Position numbers and translations under genes: made by a program. This document shows, in pieces, positions 32,824 to 33,890 of a stretch of DNA of 33,890 bases (positions are counted from its first letter, which is position 1; each line of letters starts with the position of its first letter). The notes under the pieces were generated by a model, which made no database searches, had not been told where the DNA came from, and saw only the letters and a list, made by a program, of their open reading frames with translations. The DNA is from Nemertoderma westbladi (lineage: Eukaryota > Animalia > Xenacoelomorpha): NCBI GenBank assembly GCA_032718475.1, contig JAUCBJ010000930.1, positions 1 to 33,890 on the forward strand, in the 5' to 3' direction.

Positions 32824-33710
32824 ATGCCGACCCCAGGGAAGAGTAAGAAGGTATTTGGTGCCAAACAGTTTAGACGTTCTGAATCTGGCAAATGGATTTC
32901 CTTGTCTTCAGATATCACTGACCTGTTGCTGGATATACCTGAAGATATACCGGTACCAATTTCTGAAAATAAAATTGGCAACAGATGACACTTTACCAGT
33001 AGCACAGGAAAGAGATGAAAAACTAGTCACAGGATACAGAATCATACATTGTGACAATTTGTTATCCATTATAAAAGCTGCCCATAATTGTGAAGAGAGT
33101 GAGATCACATCTAAGCAGCTAGCTGACAAGTGCAATGGAGTTGACAGTGTAATTCATTACAGCTGCTCAAAGTGTGATTTCGATTACCGGTATAAACTTC
33201 AGTGTTCCCGTAATGGTACAGGTATATATTATAACTCAAAAAAGTCTAAAGACCTAAATCTTCGTTTGGCTTTTGGAGCTACAGAATTTGGTGGTGATCT
33301 TGAATTGTTGTACACGCTATCAACTGCACTTGACATACCAATAAGCATGCATCAGGCCAGTTTTTCGAAATATATCAATGATCTTACAGACATCAGCACA
33401 GAGCTTGTTGGTGAAGACATGACTTCAGCGAGGAAAGAAATCAGAAGATCTGATGAATTGCCTGTTGAAACTGCAGTTTCATTTGATGGTTCATGGGCCC
33501 AGAGGGGTCACACATCGGATTATGGCTATGGTGCAGTAATCTCTATGGAGTCTGGCAAAGTGCTTGATTATGGGTTCCGTACCAAGGTCTGCAATCAGGT
33601 TACTTTCAATCCCCTGAACAAGCAATCTAAGGAATATAAAGTATGGCTTGAGAGCCATACTAAAGATTGCTCAACATGCAAACAATTCATACAGGATCAA
33701 GTGGTTCACA
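32824..33710 (+). pseudogene. Truncated Kolobok-type (Mutator-like domain) DDE transposase
   Basis: Likely ATG at 32824 (MPTPGKSKK..SENK), frameshift ~32970, then GYRII..HNC..CSKC..DLNLRLA..VSFDGSWAQRGHTSDYGYGAVISMESGKVLD..KVC..H..C. After a second shift at ~33685 it reads HTGSSGS and breaks off; the remaining catalytic D and E are missing. Confidence 0.85.
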
Positions 33711-33711
33711 A

Positions 33712-33890
33712 AGAAATAACGCGAATATTCGTGTTCTCTAATATATCCTTAAAGCCAAAATACTTAAACGATCTTGTAAATATACTAAATAATAATGTTG
33801 CAATTTGTAAGTGGTTTATTCGGTATGTAATAAAATAATTAATGTTTTCTTTTTTTTTATTCTTTAATTATTTTGATATGTATTTATTAG
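33712..33890 (+). repeat. Dispersed duplication, copy 2 (truncates the transposase; runs off the window)
   Basis: Matches 30230-30444 with a ~38-bp net deletion. Confidence 0.95.

Overview
AT-rich eukaryotic DNA, probably from an invertebrate animal, made almost entirely of nested and decayed mobile elements and tandem repeats; I recognise no intact host gene. The best-supported features are a 35-bp satellite with higher-order structure (3619-3835, 4648-8421), a minus-strand BEL/Pao gag-pol (16206-8703), two type I hammerhead ribozyme motifs (1639-1700, 24721-24820), a non-LTR RT fragment (2775-2925) and a truncated Kolobok-type DDE transposase (32824-33710). The gag-pol has one frameshift, one nonsense codon, a ~300-aa insert after RNase H and no integrase; its upstream region holds a TATA box, a heat-shock element, three CCAAT boxes and a tRNA-derived Pol III unit. 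The most interesting signal is a cluster at 23216-27050 that looks like debris of a divergent multi-gene rolling-circle (Helitron-like) element. It comprises an atypical HUH Rep fragment (EWQGYRGNQCHVHSLIW), a Cys-rich accessory gene with a divergent paralogous exon at 4075-4351, and a 400-aa ORF. All family assignments come from motif reading by eye; no database search was run.
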